From NCBI GenBank assembly GCA_038523235.1, contig JBCBJQ010000014.1, positions 1-64,000 on the forward strand: 64,000 nt of DNA. The letters are read 5' to 3'. The DNA is from Cyanobacteria bacterium J06626_4 (GTDB lineage Bacteria > Cyanobacteriota > Cyanobacteriia > Phormidesmidales > Phormidesmidaceae). Below the pieces are notes generated by a model. That model saw nothing but the letters and a program-made list of their open reading frames with translations, was not told where the DNA came from and ran no database searches. Positions 20,238 to 30,936 of the stretch are shown here, in pieces (within the stretch, counting starts at the first letter, position 1; each line of letters starts with the position of its first letter). A program made the translations under genes and the position numbers.

Positions 20238-21002
20238 TCACAGCAGCCCATAGCGCTGTAGCTCACCGTCAATTTTTGCCTTTAACTGAGCCGCTAAATC
20301 TGCAGCGTCATGAAACACGATTTGCTGCTCAGAGGGCACTTCAAAGGGAAAGTGGCCGGGCAGGTCGTCGCGCTCCTGCCGCGCCAAAATGATTTGCTCT
20401 GGACGCTTGCACTGCAAGGCATAGCCCAGCTCAATGCACACGTTGGCACTGGGTAGCAGTCGCGGTGGTGTGCCAGGCAGTTGAGCAACGGACGTACCAT
20501 CGGCAATGAAGATAAGAGATTTGCGCAGCTTCCGCATGAGGGGACTGTTGCGCCGTAGAGCGCCTTCGCCAGCGCGGTTAGATTCTTCGAGTGCGAGGGG
20601 TAAGCGCGATTTCTTGTTTGTCTTTTTCAGCAAGCTCTCTAGCTCGTCGCGCAGCAGCGAACTGGATTCTGAATAGGCCGTTTGATAGCAAAAAAAGATC
20701 GACGGTTCTAGCTGCACCAAAGACTCTTGCTTGGTGAAATAAATCTCATGGCTGAGCAAATCGATGTTAGAAATCGCATAGGTGCCGCTGCCCTCAATGT
20801 AAAATTCCACGGCTTCACCCGACAGGTACCGCTGGAACCAAGCAGCATCCCGCACGTCTTCGCTATCGTCCAAAAAATCAGCCCGCAAGCCGGACTTCAG
20901 CAGGCTATTGCGGCTCAGACGAAGATCCTGGGGACGCTTCTCTAACTCCCGTGCGGGTTCATATTGTTCTAAATACCAGGCCTTGAGGGCAATAATCGCC
21001 AT
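20238..21002 (-). CDS. Hypothetical protein with C-terminal TIR/nucleoside-deoxyribosyltransferase-like motif
   Basis: FIADGT...PSANVCIELGYALQ...FPFEV. Confidence 0.7.
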   Translation of the reverse strand: MAIIALKAWYLEQYEPARELEKRPQDLRLSRNSLLKSGLRADFLDDSEDVRDAAWFQRYLSGEAVEFYIEGSGTYAISNIDLLSHEIYFTKQESLVQLEPSIFFCYQTAYSESSSLLRDELESLLKKTNKKSRLPLALEESNRAGEGALRRNSPLMRKLRKSLIFIADGTSVAQLPGTPPRLLPSANVCIELGYALQCKRPEQIILARQERDDLPGHFPFEVPSEQQIVFHDAADLAAQLKAKIDGELQRYGLL

Positions 21003-21204
21003 GAGGTCAACCTTTCTCGACGGGGGCTGAAGACAACAGAATATCCGCTACTTTACGCCGCGGCGTCAATAAATCAAGTGTCATGTGAAATTTTCAACAC
21101 ATCTAAGTTTTTGACCCCTCTGGCGCACTGATTCACAGCGCAAGCTTCCCTAGACGAGTCGCAACCACCTATCTAAAGCAAAATGCTTTTCTAGATCAAT
21201 TGTA

Positions 21205-21576
21205 CTATTTCTGACTATCGGATGACAGGGGTGTGGGCTGTGCCCCTCTCAAACGTTGTCCGATCATTTGTATACCTAAGGCAAACAAGCCGATCGCGGC
21301 CATGCCAAAGACGCCCGTACCCATCGCCACAATACCCACGACCAAAGTCCGCACCGCTGACGAGAGATTGATCACGGTAATGTTGTCAGAAACAACGGGC
21401 TTGTTGGCAAAGGTCGTAGCGATCGCGATCGTCATTTTGTAAAACAACAGCGTAAATGTGCCCGCCATCAGCGACCCGGTAAACGCGCGGAGAATGCGTT
21501 GCGTAGAGAGCGGATCTTCAACGGGCTTAGTCGTGGTATCTGGATTCGAATCAGTTGTTGGTAAGGGGGTACCCAT
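21205..21576 (-). CDS. DUF3082 family membrane protein
   Basis: Two TM helices, NLSSAVRTLVVG; ATG 21576. Confidence 0.75.
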   Translation of the reverse strand: MGTPLPTTDSNPDTTTKPVEDPLSTQRILRAFTGSLMAGTFTLLFYKMTIAIATTFANKPVVSDNITVINLSSAVRTLVVGIVAMGTGVFGMAAIGLFALGIQMIGQRLRGAQPTPLSSDSQK

Positions 21577-21695
21577 AGTGCCGTAAATCTCCAGGTTGGT
21601 CACTATCCTGCCACACAAACCGAGGCCAGCCGCATCCCGCTTACGAATCGATATTGAACGATCGACCACCGGGCAATACTCTGCAAAGAAGTGCT

Positions 21696-21760
21696 CAGCG
21701 CCCTGGTTTCTATCGAAAAACCGATACAACTGGGTGCCCTATCGAGAAACCGGGGCGCTG
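21696..21760. repeat. Intergenic inverted repeat
   Basis: tcagcgccctggtttct ... agaaaccggggcgctga. Confidence 0.6.
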
Positions 21761-21796
21761 ATCGCAAGTTAGGGAGCTCTGCTGAATGCAGATAAT

Positions 21797-22291
21797 TCAC
21801 CGTGCCCAGCGGCGAAGTTTGGTTTGCCGAGGCACATAGAGCGGATGCCGGGGCTGGCCGGTCTGGTTTTGACCCAAACAGTACAGCCGCTCGCGGTGGG
21901 GCTTGAGCAATGCTAAAACGGCGCGATCGCGCTGCTGCAGACTCCCCGCGTTACCCCAGGCCACCACAATCGTGTCTGCGGTTTCACAAGCTTGCAGAAT
22001 ATGCTCATCATTGCCGACACCCACCGGCTGACTCACCGTTTTTAAGACCTTGGGCGACGCTGTGCAGTAGGCAAACAGGTTGACGACCATGAGGCGGCCA
22101 TACTGCCACTGCTGCGCTAACCCCATACATCGCCGCAGGGTGGGGTCATCTTGTTGATGGTCGGCGCGACTGGGGTTGAGCATGATCAGGGCGATCGCGG
22201 GCCGGGTCGGATGCCACTGTCGTTTAAGCCAATATCGATATTGCCGAGTAGAGTCAAACTCAGCCGAGCGCTGTATGTTATGGGTCGGCAC
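21797..22291 (-). CDS. DUF1643 family protein
   Basis: YRYWLKRQW, IMLNPSRAD, DDPTLRRC, NLFA, VAWGN, PRHPLY. Confidence 0.88.
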   Translation of the reverse strand: MPTHNIQRSAEFDSTRQYRYWLKRQWHPTRPAIALIMLNPSRADHQQDDPTLRRCMGLAQQWQYGRLMVVNLFAYCTASPKVLKTVSQPVGVGNDEHILQACETADTIVVAWGNAGSLQQRDRAVLALLKPHRERLYCLGQNQTGQPRHPLYVPRQTKLRRWAR

Positions 22292-22506
22292 AGGGGAATA
22301 GTTTAACGGCGATTTTGCTGGCTATCAGCCTTCAACATGAAGGATTTTGATCTGCGACTTTAGGAGATTGCCTGTGAAGACGATACCTGTCGGGACGGTT
22401 TTTGTGGATGTCTAGGCTCGATGAAATCGAGGTTCTCGCTCCCCCCGCTCTGACCATAGCGGTATATTCTTTCTCGCAAGTCTCCTGAGGGCAGAGCAGG
22501 CCAGCT

Positions 22507-23079
22507 TCAGAAGGTACAGTCACCGGGCAACGGCTCCATCTCCGCCAGTGCCAAGGCAAAGTCTGCTGGCAGCGTTACCGTCTCAAAACCGGCAGTCACG
22601 CTACCCTGCATTGCTTGTGTGCCATAGCCGCTCGGGTACATGTGGGCCCGCACGATCACGGTTTGGTCAGGGGCCACGTTGACCGGCCCACCCGTGCGCT
22701 CAAAGGGCTGCTCATCCACATGGCTATGGGCTAGAATCCGGCGATACAGCAGGTCACCTTCTGGCGTAATCACCTCCCACCAGTCGGCATACTGGTCACA
22801 CCCCGTATCAGGGCTGCTGATGGTCACCGCAAAGGTGTGACTATCGGGTGACTGAGTTGTCGTTTCCACGAGGGTAACGGTGGCCACGTTCTCGCCAGAG
22901 GCGGCGGTTACTGCGGATGGAGTGTCGGGGAAGACTGGGGTCTCTGCCGCTGATTCCGAGGGGGGTGACTGAGTGGCGCAGGCGGCGAGGCTGAGCCCCA
23001 GTAGTAGCGATAGACCAGAGGCGGCGATCGCGCTAACGGTGCGCGGGGTTGAGAGCTTCAATGGTTGGGTAGGCAGCAT
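22507..23079 (-). CDS. Lipoprotein of unknown function
   Basis: Lipobox LAAC; core DTGCDQYADWWEV...RILAHSHVDEQPF...VRAHM. Confidence 0.7.
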   Translation of the reverse strand: MLPTQPLKLSTPRTVSAIAASGLSLLLGLSLAACATQSPPSESAAETPVFPDTPSAVTAASGENVATVTLVETTTQSPDSHTFAVTISSPDTGCDQYADWWEVITPEGDLLYRRILAHSHVDEQPFERTGGPVNVAPDQTVIVRAHMYPSGYGTQAMQGSVTAGFETVTLPADFALALAEMEPLPGDCTF

Positions 23080-23250
23080 GGCTCTAAAAAGAGTTCTAAT
23101 CGGCAAGGGGTGTGAGGTGAGACCGCGTTGTTTCTATTATCGTCGGCAATATCTTGAACGGTTGCCTGAATCAATAAACGCATCGATAAAGTGAACTTTG
23201 TTACATTTGGTAACAGCTATACAATTTCTTAACGATGGGAGCGAAGTGCT

Positions 23251-24558
23251 GTGAAAGTCTTCACCACATTTAGTCCGGCACTCCGCTGGAATCTGACCAT
23301 CTTATTTGTCGCGGGATTGTGCTTTTGGGCCGGATTGGCCGGATTGTTGCCGACGCTGCCGCTCTTTATCGAAACCCTGGGAGCGACCGGATCGCAAATT
23401 GGTGTGGTCATGGCCTCGTTTGCATTTGGCCTGCTGGTGGCCCGCCCTTGGCTAGCGCGCCTGGCCGATGAGCGCGGACGTAAGCTGGTGATGCTAATCG
23501 GGATTGTAGCGATCGCGATCGCGCCTTTTCTGTATCTGTTGGCGGTGGTGCTGCCGCCGTTGACGGGGGAAATCCGTTTGGGTGATCAGACGATTACCGT
23601 TAACGGCGTCCTGCTGCTGTTGATGGTGTTCCGCGCCTTTCATGGCTTGAGCATTGCCGCTTTTGTGGTCGCCTACAGCGCCCTAGTGATCGATATTTCC
23701 CCCCCGGCGAATCGGGGCGAACTGATTGGCTACATGAGTTTGGTCAATCCCATTGGCATGGCGCTGGGTCCGGCGCTGGGCGGCTTTTTGCTGGAATGGC
23801 AGAATTTTTCTGTGGCCTTCACCGCCATGGGAGTTTTAGGCATTTTGGGCATTGTGTGCGTCACTCAGGTGCAGGAAACCTACACGCCTCGTCCTGCAGT
23901 CCCCACTGTCGGTGCGCCTCGTCCCGTCTTTTGGAGCCTGCTGTGGACGCCGCGCGTGCGCACGCCCGCGATGATTTTGCTGCTGGTGGGCCTCGCGTTT
24001 GGCACCCTCAGCACCTTTGTCCCCCTGTTTGTGAGAGAAACCGGGCTAGCGTTAAACGTGGGACTGATCTACACCGCCTCCGCGATCGCCAGTTTTGGCA
24101 TTCGTCTTCTGGTCGGACGCGCCTCTGATCGCCACGGTCGCGGTCGATTCATTACCATGGGGCTGCTGCTGTATACCTTGTCAATGCTGACGTTTTGGCA
24201 GGCCACTACCCCGGCCATGTTTCTGATTGCGGGTCTAATTCAAGGGGGCGCGGCAGGCACACTGATTCCTATGATTGCTGTGCTAATGGGCGATCGCTCA
24301 GCGGCTGACGAGCGCGGCAAAGTGTTTGGTCTCGTGATGGTGGGGTTTGACGTCGGCATCGCGATCGCCGGGCCATTGTTTGGCACCTTTGCTGATTGGG
24401 CCAGCTATCGCGACTGTTTTGGCCTCGCCGGACTCATGACCTTCCTCGGATTCTTGATCTTCATCACCGCATCTAGCAAAAGTCTCAAGCATTCGCTGCG
24501 GTTCTCCCTAGGGCAGGGCCGCGATATCTATGCCATCGAGGGACAGACAGCTGATTAA
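23251..24558 (+). CDS. MFS transporter
   Basis: 12 TM helices, motif A RLADERGRK and GRASDRHGR. Confidence 0.9.
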   Translation: MKVFTTFSPALRWNLTILFVAGLCFWAGLAGLLPTLPLFIETLGATGSQIGVVMASFAFGLLVARPWLARLADERGRKLVMLIGIVAIAIAPFLYLLAVVLPPLTGEIRLGDQTITVNGVLLLLMVFRAFHGLSIAAFVVAYSALVIDISPPANRGELIGYMSLVNPIGMALGPALGGFLLEWQNFSVAFTAMGVLGILGIVCVTQVQETYTPRPAVPTVGAPRPVFWSLLWTPRVRTPAMILLLVGLAFGTLSTFVPLFVRETGLALNVGLIYTASAIASFGIRLLVGRASDRHGRGRFITMGLLLYTLSMLTFWQATTPAMFLIAGLIQGGAAGTLIPMIAVLMGDRSAADERGKVFGLVMVGFDVGIAIAGPLFGTFADWASYRDCFGLAGLMTFLGFLIFITASSKSLKHSLRFSLGQGRDIYAIEGQTAD

Positions 24559-24698
24559 AGACCAGAGCCATGTTCGAGAAAAAATGTATCCCGACTGTTA
24601 GGGATGAGTTGAGTGAAAAACCTTAAGTCCAAACCTACAGGTCATTGCGGCAAAATATCCCCAAACCCCACTCCTGTGGGCCGGTTAAACACTCAATC

Positions 24699-24739
24699 AA
24701 AAAGCGCTGTGGAACCCTTTCAGCTCAACAGCGCTTTTT
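24699..24739. terminator. Bidirectional intrinsic terminator between the MFS gene and the tRNA
   Basis: aaaaagcgctgt ... acagcgcttttt. Confidence 0.65.
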
Positions 24740-24755
24740 GATATTGAAAATGCAA

Positions 24756-24829
24756 CGGGCATGGAGGGATTTGAACCCCCGACACCGTGGTTCGTAGCCA
24801 CGTGCTCTAGTCCACTGAGCTACACGCCC
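24756..24829 (-). tRNA. trnR: tRNA-Arg (anticodon ACG)
   Basis: Reverse complement GGGCGTGTAGCTCAGTGGACTAGAGCACGTGGCTACGAACCACGGTGTCGGGGGTTCAAATCCCTCCATGCCCG folds as a cloverleaf; CCA not encoded. Confidence 0.97.
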
Positions 24830-24842
24830 TTCTAGGAGTTAA

Positions 24843-24851
24843 ATAGTAGCA
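24843..24851 (-). promoter_or_regulatory. Extended -10 promoter element for tRNA-Arg
   Basis: TGcTACTAT on the minus strand, 13 nt upstream of the tRNA. Confidence 0.55.
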
Positions 24852-24880
24852 CAGTCCTCGGTACAAAATAGAGATTTTCC

Positions 24881-25381
24881 ATGGCCCAAACCGAAAATTC
24901 CCCGACAGCATTAAGTCACCTAAACGCGGCGGGTGAAGCCCACATGGTCGATGTTTCCCACAAACCACCCACGGTGCGAGTGGCGATCGCCGAGGGGCAA
25001 GTGCTCATGGCTGCGGCAACGCTGGCCCAGATTGAGCAGGGGGATAGTCCCAAGGGCGATGTGTTGGGCACGGCTCGGTTGGCGGGCATCATGGCGGCAA
25101 AGCAGACGTCGGCCTTGATTCCCCTCTGTCATCCGCTGCCGCTCAGTAAAGTCGAAGTCATGATTACTCCCGAGTCAGAACTACCCGGCTATCGCATTCA
25201 AGCCACCGTGCGCACCAAGGCCGAAACGGGGGTCGAAATGGAGGCGCTGACTGCAGTTTCCATCGCTGCACTGACGCTGTATGACATGGCTAAAGCGATC
25301 GAAAAGTCGATCACCATTCAATCCGTGCGCCTGTTACGAAAAACCGGGGGAAAGTCAGGCGAATATCAGGCCGCCCCTTAA
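24881..25381 (+). CDS. moaC: Cyclic pyranopterin monophosphate synthase
   Basis: [43 protein letters not shown]. Confidence 0.96.
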   Translation: MAQTENSPTALSHLNAAGEAHMVDVSHKPPTVRVAIAEGQVLMAAATLAQIEQGDSPKGDVLGTARLAGIMAAKQTSALIPLCHPLPLSKVEVMITPESELPGYRIQATVRTKAETGVEMEALTAVSIAALTLYDMAKAIEKSITIQSVRLLRKTGGKSGEYQAAP

Positions 25382-25413
25382 GATAAGAGAGTGAACCGTT
25401 TGGATCTGTTTCT

Positions 25414-25695
25414 ATGCCGCCGCGTTGGCCCCGTAAGCCCGATCGCCGTGACCCGGCCTTTCGCAAACTTGATGACCGCATGAATTTTGCCATTCATGTG
25501 GCCCTCTTTGCCGCCATTAATTCTGGACTGTGGTTTGCCCATCAAATTAATGGTGACTGGGTCGCTTGGGTCAGCAAATTGACGTTGATCTGGCTAGCCG
25601 TGTTAGTTAGCCACGCCATTTATATTTTTGCGATCGCCGATTATTCTGGCACCTACGTTCTGGAATCTGAAGATGCCTCCGAAGGGGGAAGCTAA
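25414..25695 (+). CDS. 2TM-domain small membrane protein
   Basis: MPPRWPRKPDR...NFAIHVALFAAINSGLWF, two TM helices. Confidence 0.75.
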   Translation: MPPRWPRKPDRRDPAFRKLDDRMNFAIHVALFAAINSGLWFAHQINGDWVAWVSKLTLIWLAVLVSHAIYIFAIADYSGTYVLESEDASEGGS

Positions 25696-25855
25696 ACGGC
25701 GATCGCTCCCCTATGCTGTTGGCGATCACATGGGTCACATCGTCGGTGACGGCAGTTAAATGCTCGACCAGCATGCTCAAATTGCCGCTGACTCAATGCG
25801 CCAGCGGAATGACTCACGCGATCGATGACTCAACAAGATTGTTAGGAGCATCACG

Positions 25856-26164
25856 ATGTCTTACTCTCCCCCAGCTGAAACCATTGAAGCGCTGGCCGCT
25901 AGCATTGGTGACGTCGTTTACATCGACGTGGCCAAATGGCACCTCTACCTAAATGATGCGAAATTGCATACCCTGGTCGCTGAGCGCCTGTATCCTCTAG
26001 TGGCTGACAATCGTCTCGCGGAAGCCGATATCGCTCAGGTGCTGCAGGATATTCCTATCGCTCTAGGGGGTGGACGTCAGCAGCTGCCATTGGGCGATCT
26101 GGTACCCACTGCCTGCATGAGTGATTTAACTCGGGCGTTGGAAGACTTTAAAGATCGCATCTAA
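25856..26164 (+). CDS. DUF3181 family protein
   Basis: IGDVVYIDVAKWHLYLNDAKL, LGGG. Confidence 0.8.
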   Translation: MSYSPPAETIEALAASIGDVVYIDVAKWHLYLNDAKLHTLVAERLYPLVADNRLAEADIAQVLQDIPIALGGGRQQLPLGDLVPTACMSDLTRALEDFKDRI

Positions 26165-26284
26165 GGAAACCGGTTTTTGGCGATCGCACGGTAACGGTGG
26201 GCTCAGCTCTCATGCAACTCACTCAATTGATCGGCCTTTGCGACTGCCGAACTCGGCCTGCCGCATTCTGGAATGGCTACATCG

Positions 26285-26773
26285 CTAGCGTTGAAACCAG
26301 GCCGTCAGAGCCACCGCCAACCCATCCGCCGCGTCATCGGGTTTAGGAATTTTGGGAAGGCCGAGCTCGCGCATGACGGATTCTTGCACCATCGATTTAT
26401 CTGCATTGCCGTATCCAGTCAAGGCCTGCTTAATTTGGGCGGGCGTAAACTCGACAGGCAAGAGTTGATGCTGGGCCAGCACCAACATAATGACGCCCCG
26501 AGCTTGAGCCACCAAAATCGTGTTGCCCATCCGATAAAAAAACAGCTTTTCTAGCGCGACGCGGTCAGGCTTGAACTGGGTGATGAGGCTGTGCAAATCG
26601 TCATGCAGCGTGCACAGGCGATCGCCGACGGGGGTTTTGGCGGGCGTTTCAACCACCCCAAAATCGACGACTTCAGCCCCTGCCGCCGTAGTGGCCGCGG
26701 TGCCCATGCCGTCAATCACACCAAACCCTAAAATTGCCAGTCCCGGATCTAAACCCAGGATGCGCTGTTTCAC
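26285..26773 (-). CDS. ruvC: Crossover junction endodeoxyribonuclease
   Basis: [34 protein letters not shown]. Confidence 0.95.
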   Translation of the reverse strand: MKQRILGLDPGLAILGFGVIDGMGTAATTAAGAEVVDFGVVETPAKTPVGDRLCTLHDDLHSLITQFKPDRVALEKLFFYRMGNTILVAQARGVIMLVLAQHQLLPVEFTPAQIKQALTGYGNADKSMVQESVMRELGLPKIPKPDDAADGLAVALTAWFQR

Positions 26774-27870
26774 TAGCGCGCCCCGACCGGTTGGCGACCG
26801 TTAGCAGCCGAGTCTTCGTCGGTGGGGGCGACCCCAAACACTTGGCCAAAAACCTTCTCAACCTTGTAACCCGAATCGATTGACTCTAGAGGATCTTTAC
26901 GCAGCCGGTGGCGCAGGCACATCACAATAACGCGGCGAATATCATCCAAGGTCACTTCGGTGCGGCCTTCAAAGGCGGTCAGGGCTCTAGCGGCCCGGTT
27001 GGTGACAATATCGCCTCGCAGCCCATCGACGTCTAGCTCTGAGCACACTTGAGAAATCTTGACCCGATAGTCGTGATCAATCGCCACCTCTGGTAGGCGC
27101 GATTGGGCCTCAATAATTTGCTGTTGTAAGGTCGCTTGGGTCTCAGAAAACTTTTGTAGATAAGCCTGAGGGCTCTGGTCAAAGTCAGAACGCTGCTCAA
27201 CAATTTGCACGCGCAGTTCCGGGTCGCGCACGGTACGAATTTCGGCGTGCATGCCGAAGCGGTCGAGCAGTTGGGGGCGCAGCTCGCCCTCTTCGGGGTT
27301 GCCCGAACCGACCAACACAAATTGGGCGGGATGTCGAATCGAGATACCTTCGCGCTCAACGGTGTTCCACCCCGAGGCAGCCGAATCGAGCAGGACATCG
27401 ACTAAATGGTCGTCTAGCAGATTGACCTCATCCACATATAAGATGCCTCGATTGGCTTTCGCTAACAGCCCAGGCTCAAAGGCTTTAACCCCTTCAGACA
27501 AGGCTTTCTCGATATCGATGGTGCCGCACACCCGATCTTCAGTGGCCCCGAGGGGCAGGTCAATCATGGGCACCTTTTTTTGGGCCACGGGCAGCGCTTG
27601 GGTGTTGTACTCTCGCTGCGCGTCCGGGTCTTGAGGAGAGCGACTAAAGGGATCGTTCGCGACAACATCAATTTCGGGCAGCAGGTCAGCGAGGGCGCGA
27701 ATGGTCGTCGACTTACCCGTGCCGCGATCGCCCATGATCATGACGCCACCAATCCGCGGGTCAATGACGTTCAAAATCAAGGCCAGCTTCATATCTGCCT
27801 GGCCAATCACAGCCGTGAACGGAAACACAACGCGGCGGGGGGCGGTCGAACGATCAGCAGTCGCAGTCAC
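26773..27870 (-). CDS. chlI: Magnesium chelatase ATPase subunit I
   Basis: [50 protein letters not shown] 27870. Confidence 0.96.
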   Translation of the reverse strand: MTATADRSTAPRRVVFPFTAVIGQADMKLALILNVIDPRIGGVMIMGDRGTGKSTTIRALADLLPEIDVVANDPFSRSPQDPDAQREYNTQALPVAQKKVPMIDLPLGATEDRVCGTIDIEKALSEGVKAFEPGLLAKANRGILYVDEVNLLDDHLVDVLLDSAASGWNTVEREGISIRHPAQFVLVGSGNPEEGELRPQLLDRFGMHAEIRTVRDPELRVQIVEQRSDFDQSPQAYLQKFSETQATLQQQIIEAQSRLPEVAIDHDYRVKISQVCSELDVDGLRGDIVTNRAARALTAFEGRTEVTLDDIRRVIVMCLRHRLRKDPLESIDSGYKVEKVFGQVFGVAPTDEDSAANGRQPVGAR

Positions 27871-28434
27871 AAGCAATCAACTCTCTTACAAACTCTTTAA
27901 CCAAGCTTTACAGGCTTTAATAGTCAGCCTTTATTGTGCCACAGGGGTTTGCGCCGGAAACCGACATTTCACGATTGAGCACAAATTTTAGTCCTCAACG
28001 TCTCCAGAGGAGCGGTTGATTGGTGAGCATGTCATCGACCCAAACCGCTTCAGCCCAGCAGGGCGATCGCCCTCACTCACCCTAGTGAAGATAGCCAGCT
28101 GCCGGATCTGATGTTCACGCCTCTTTCAAGGGGCCAACTGCATCAATTGGAGCGAAGTCAGTCACGGCCTTACGAAAATTAACAGTCCGGTTCAACAAGC
28201 CGTTACCCCTCTGTCGGAAAGGCTTTATCCGACTCAGGCAGAAGGTGAACCAGCCTTAGATCACGGCATTTTTACCGCGCAGCGACACATGTGAGATGGA
28301 CTACCAAGCTTTTGCATTGAATCGGCTATGATTGCAGCCAAATACTTAGAAAAGCCGCTGCTTGCTTGAAGCTTCTTTCTTTGCCTGAGGGGCTATTCAG
28401 TATTGCTTTCATTCCGGTTCGCTTGGAGAATACT

Positions 28435-28743
28435 GTGACTATTTACGTTGGCAATTTGTCGTTTCAGGCGACAGAAGATGACCTACGTGACGTGTTTGCC
28501 GAATATGGTGAGGTCAAGCGCATTAGCTTGCCCAGCGATCGCGAAACTGGCCGTAAACGCGGCTTTGCTTTTGTCGAAATGGCCGAAGTCGCCCACGAAG
28601 ATGCGGCCATCTCAGAACTGGACGGGGCTGAGTGGTTAGGCCGTGAGCTGCGCGTCAACAAAGCGCGGCCTCGTAACGAAAGTGGCGGCGGTGGCGGTGG
28701 CCGGGGTGGCGATCGCTCCAACGTCACGAGTAATCCGCTTTAG
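28435..28743 (+). CDS. RRM RNA-binding protein with Gly-rich tail (Rbp family)
   Basis: RNP2 IYVGNL, RNP1 RGFAFVEM; GTG 28435 after ggaga. Confidence 0.92.
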   Translation: MTIYVGNLSFQATEDDLRDVFAEYGEVKRISLPSDRETGRKRGFAFVEMAEVAHEDAAISELDGAEWLGRELRVNKARPRNESGGGGGGRGGDRSNVTSNPL

Positions 28744-28857
28744 CGCGATCAGCGGCGGTGAGCACACCTAGGCAGTAGTTGGGAAGACCGCTCAGCCATT
28801 AGCCTGTCCGGTTTTCTGAAGTTTGCTGATTGCCTTTGGCATCGGCCAACGATGGAC

Positions 28858-29535
28858 TTAGGCGGGTTGTTGAATTGCCGCAGTCTCGTTGCGTGGGTTG
28901 TTGACGGCACTGGTGATCGGCAAAGTTTCTATCGCCTCAGCCGCACAGGGGCGCAGCAGCGATTCTAAAATGCCAGGGTTATAGAAACTTGGGTCGAGCC
29001 AGGCATCGTAGTCACGGCGGGGCAAAATGACCGGCATCCGATGATGAATGGGCGCTACTGCGGCATTAGCCGTGGTAGTCAAAATCGTGCAAGAGAAGGT
29101 CGTTTCCTCCGTTTGCGGATTTTGCCAGCGCTCCCACAGCCCCGCAAAGGCAAACAGCGATCGCGACTGCAGCCGAATCAGATGCGGCTGTTTGGGCTCG
29201 GTCGACTGAGATTTTTGCCATTCATAAAAGCCGTCGGCCACAATCAAACAGCGCCGCTGCTGGAAAGCTCCACGAAATGAAGGTTTTGTCGCCACCGTCT
29301 CAGCGCGGGCATTGATCAGCTTGTAACCGATTTTGGCGTCTTTGCTCCATTTGGGAATGAGGCCCCAGCGTTTGTCATGATACTGGCGATCTCCGGTGCG
29401 TCGAGCCTGCGTAATGACGTTTACCGATTGACTGGGGGCAATGTTGTAGCGAGGCGCCAGCTCCGGCGTGACCGCCAGCTGAAACGCTGTAGCAACGGTT
29501 TCTCCGGTTTGAGTCTGGGCAAATCGACCACACAT
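28858..29535 (-). CDS. SRAP family (YedK/HMCES-like) abasic-site processing protein
   Basis: MCGRF start (catalytic Cys2), RYNIAP, INARAET, GFYEW, IHHRMPVIL. Confidence 0.93.
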   Translation of the reverse strand: MCGRFAQTQTGETVATAFQLAVTPELAPRYNIAPSQSVNVITQARRTGDRQYHDKRWGLIPKWSKDAKIGYKLINARAETVATKPSFRGAFQQRRCLIVADGFYEWQKSQSTEPKQPHLIRLQSRSLFAFAGLWERWQNPQTEETTFSCTILTTTANAAVAPIHHRMPVILPRRDYDAWLDPSFYNPGILESLLRPCAAEAIETLPITSAVNNPRNETAAIQQPA

Positions 29536-29681
29536 ATCAGCTATTCCACGATTCACATCTCATCCCGTCAAGCTACCTGGCAGGCATGGCCTGAGACTGT
29601 CTTCATCAGATGGCGGCGCGAACAACAGTGCCCGCCTGTTCCTGCCGGTCTTGCAGGCGCTCTAAAAATCTACGGCCCAGT

Positions 29682-30242
29682 CTACGAAACGGTCTGTCGC
29701 CGCTCCATTTCCGTTCTGAGTTCTGTCATCGTTTCAGTCAAGCCCGCTTCAAAAACTTCGTAGAAGTAGGGTTGCAGTGGCCCCATGCTAGCTTTCGCCA
29801 CGATGGTTTGCACCAATAGCGTGTGATCTGAGTCAGCGGCCTGGTTGGCGATCGCCGCGACCTGCCAATGCCCCGACATTTCATCTAAGGTGCCTTCAAG
29901 CATGCGATAGTCGATGCGATCAAGCGGCGTTTCAATATTTTCGGTGACGATTTTGACTCGGATAGGCAGCCAGCCAATTTTGCGGCGATCTTTGCGCTCA
30001 ACCACAATACGGTTGTCGCGCTTTTCTAAAATGCGACTGGCGACCACTGATGGCAAAAAATCAGGAAACTGCTCATAGCTGGTCAAAACTTGCCACACGA
30101 CATTAACTGGTGCCTGCACCTGAGAAAAGACGGCGTAGGCCCCCGCGGTGCCTGTCAGAACGACGTTACCCTGCCGCAAATCTCGGTGTTGGGCCGGGGT
30201 CAAATTCTGCGTTAGCTGTTCGGGGGGCGTTGCAAGGGGCAT
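29682..30242 (-). CDS. SRPBCC/START (cyclase/dehydrase) family protein
   Basis: VWQVLTSYEQFPDFLPSVVAS, MLEGTLDEMSGHW. Confidence 0.8.
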   Translation of the reverse strand: MPLATPPEQLTQNLTPAQHRDLRQGNVVLTGTAGAYAVFSQVQAPVNVVWQVLTSYEQFPDFLPSVVASRILEKRDNRIVVERKDRRKIGWLPIRVKIVTENIETPLDRIDYRMLEGTLDEMSGHWQVAAIANQAADSDHTLLVQTIVAKASMGPLQPYFYEVFEAGLTETMTELRTEMERRQTVS

Positions 30243-30288
30243 AGAATCGAAAAGAGAACATCTAAACGCTAGTGTAACGAACGATTGC

Positions 30289-30777
30289 ATGGTTAGTTTT
30301 ACTGAGATCCAGGCTGCCTACATCGACTTTCCCAATCGCCTGCAAAGCCTCATGCTGAGCACCATCAGCACTGAGGGGCAGCCGCAAGCAAGCTATACCC
30401 CGTTTGTGATGGCGGGCGATCGCGCCTTCTATATTTTTGTGAGTGGTCTTTCTAACCACACTCAAAATCTCCAAACGACCGCGAAAGCCGGGATTTTGCT
30501 GATTGAAGATGAGGTGCAAGCGCAGCAAATTTTTGCGCGTCAACGTCTGATGTATGACTGTGGGGTAGTGCTAATTGACCGCCATGATCCCCAGTGGACT
30601 GGGTTGGCAGACAAATTTAAGGGGCGATTTGGCAATTTAATTGACATGCTGCGCCAACTGCCCGATTTCCAGATTTTCAAGCTCACCCCGCAAGCCGGTC
30701 GGTTTGTGGTGGGTTTTGGCGCGGCCTATGAGGTCGATCCAGCCAATCTTGAACGGCTGATACCCTTAGAAAATTAA
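30289..30777 (+). CDS. HugZ/HutZ-like pyridoxamine-5'-phosphate-oxidase-fold protein
   Basis: ASYTPF, SGLSNHTQNL, LIEDE, IFARQRL, GRFVVGFGAAY; ATG 30289. Confidence 0.85.
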   Translation: MVSFTEIQAAYIDFPNRLQSLMLSTISTEGQPQASYTPFVMAGDRAFYIFVSGLSNHTQNLQTTAKAGILLIEDEVQAQQIFARQRLMYDCGVVLIDRHDPQWTGLADKFKGRFGNLIDMLRQLPDFQIFKLTPQAGRFVVGFGAAYEVDPANLERLIPLEN

Positions 30778-30936
30778 CCTGCACGCCCAATTGGCTCAGC
30801 CGAGGAGCCGAAGCGCAAGCAGGCCCAATGTGTCGTCTAATTTCAGAGCGCATCTTTATCAGGCTGGTGCCAAACCGCAATATCCGTCTGAGGCTCCCAG
30901 GCGATCAGTCGATCGATGAGTAGTCTGTCAGGCTAG

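Noticed and set aside
24756..24829. tRNA-Arg as an island integration site
   Set aside because: No integrase and no duplicated tRNA 3' end nearby; flanks are ordinary genes.
28858..29535. SRAP gene as a marker of a mobile or defence locus
   Set aside because: It contains HIP1, has host-like composition and sits among housekeeping genes.
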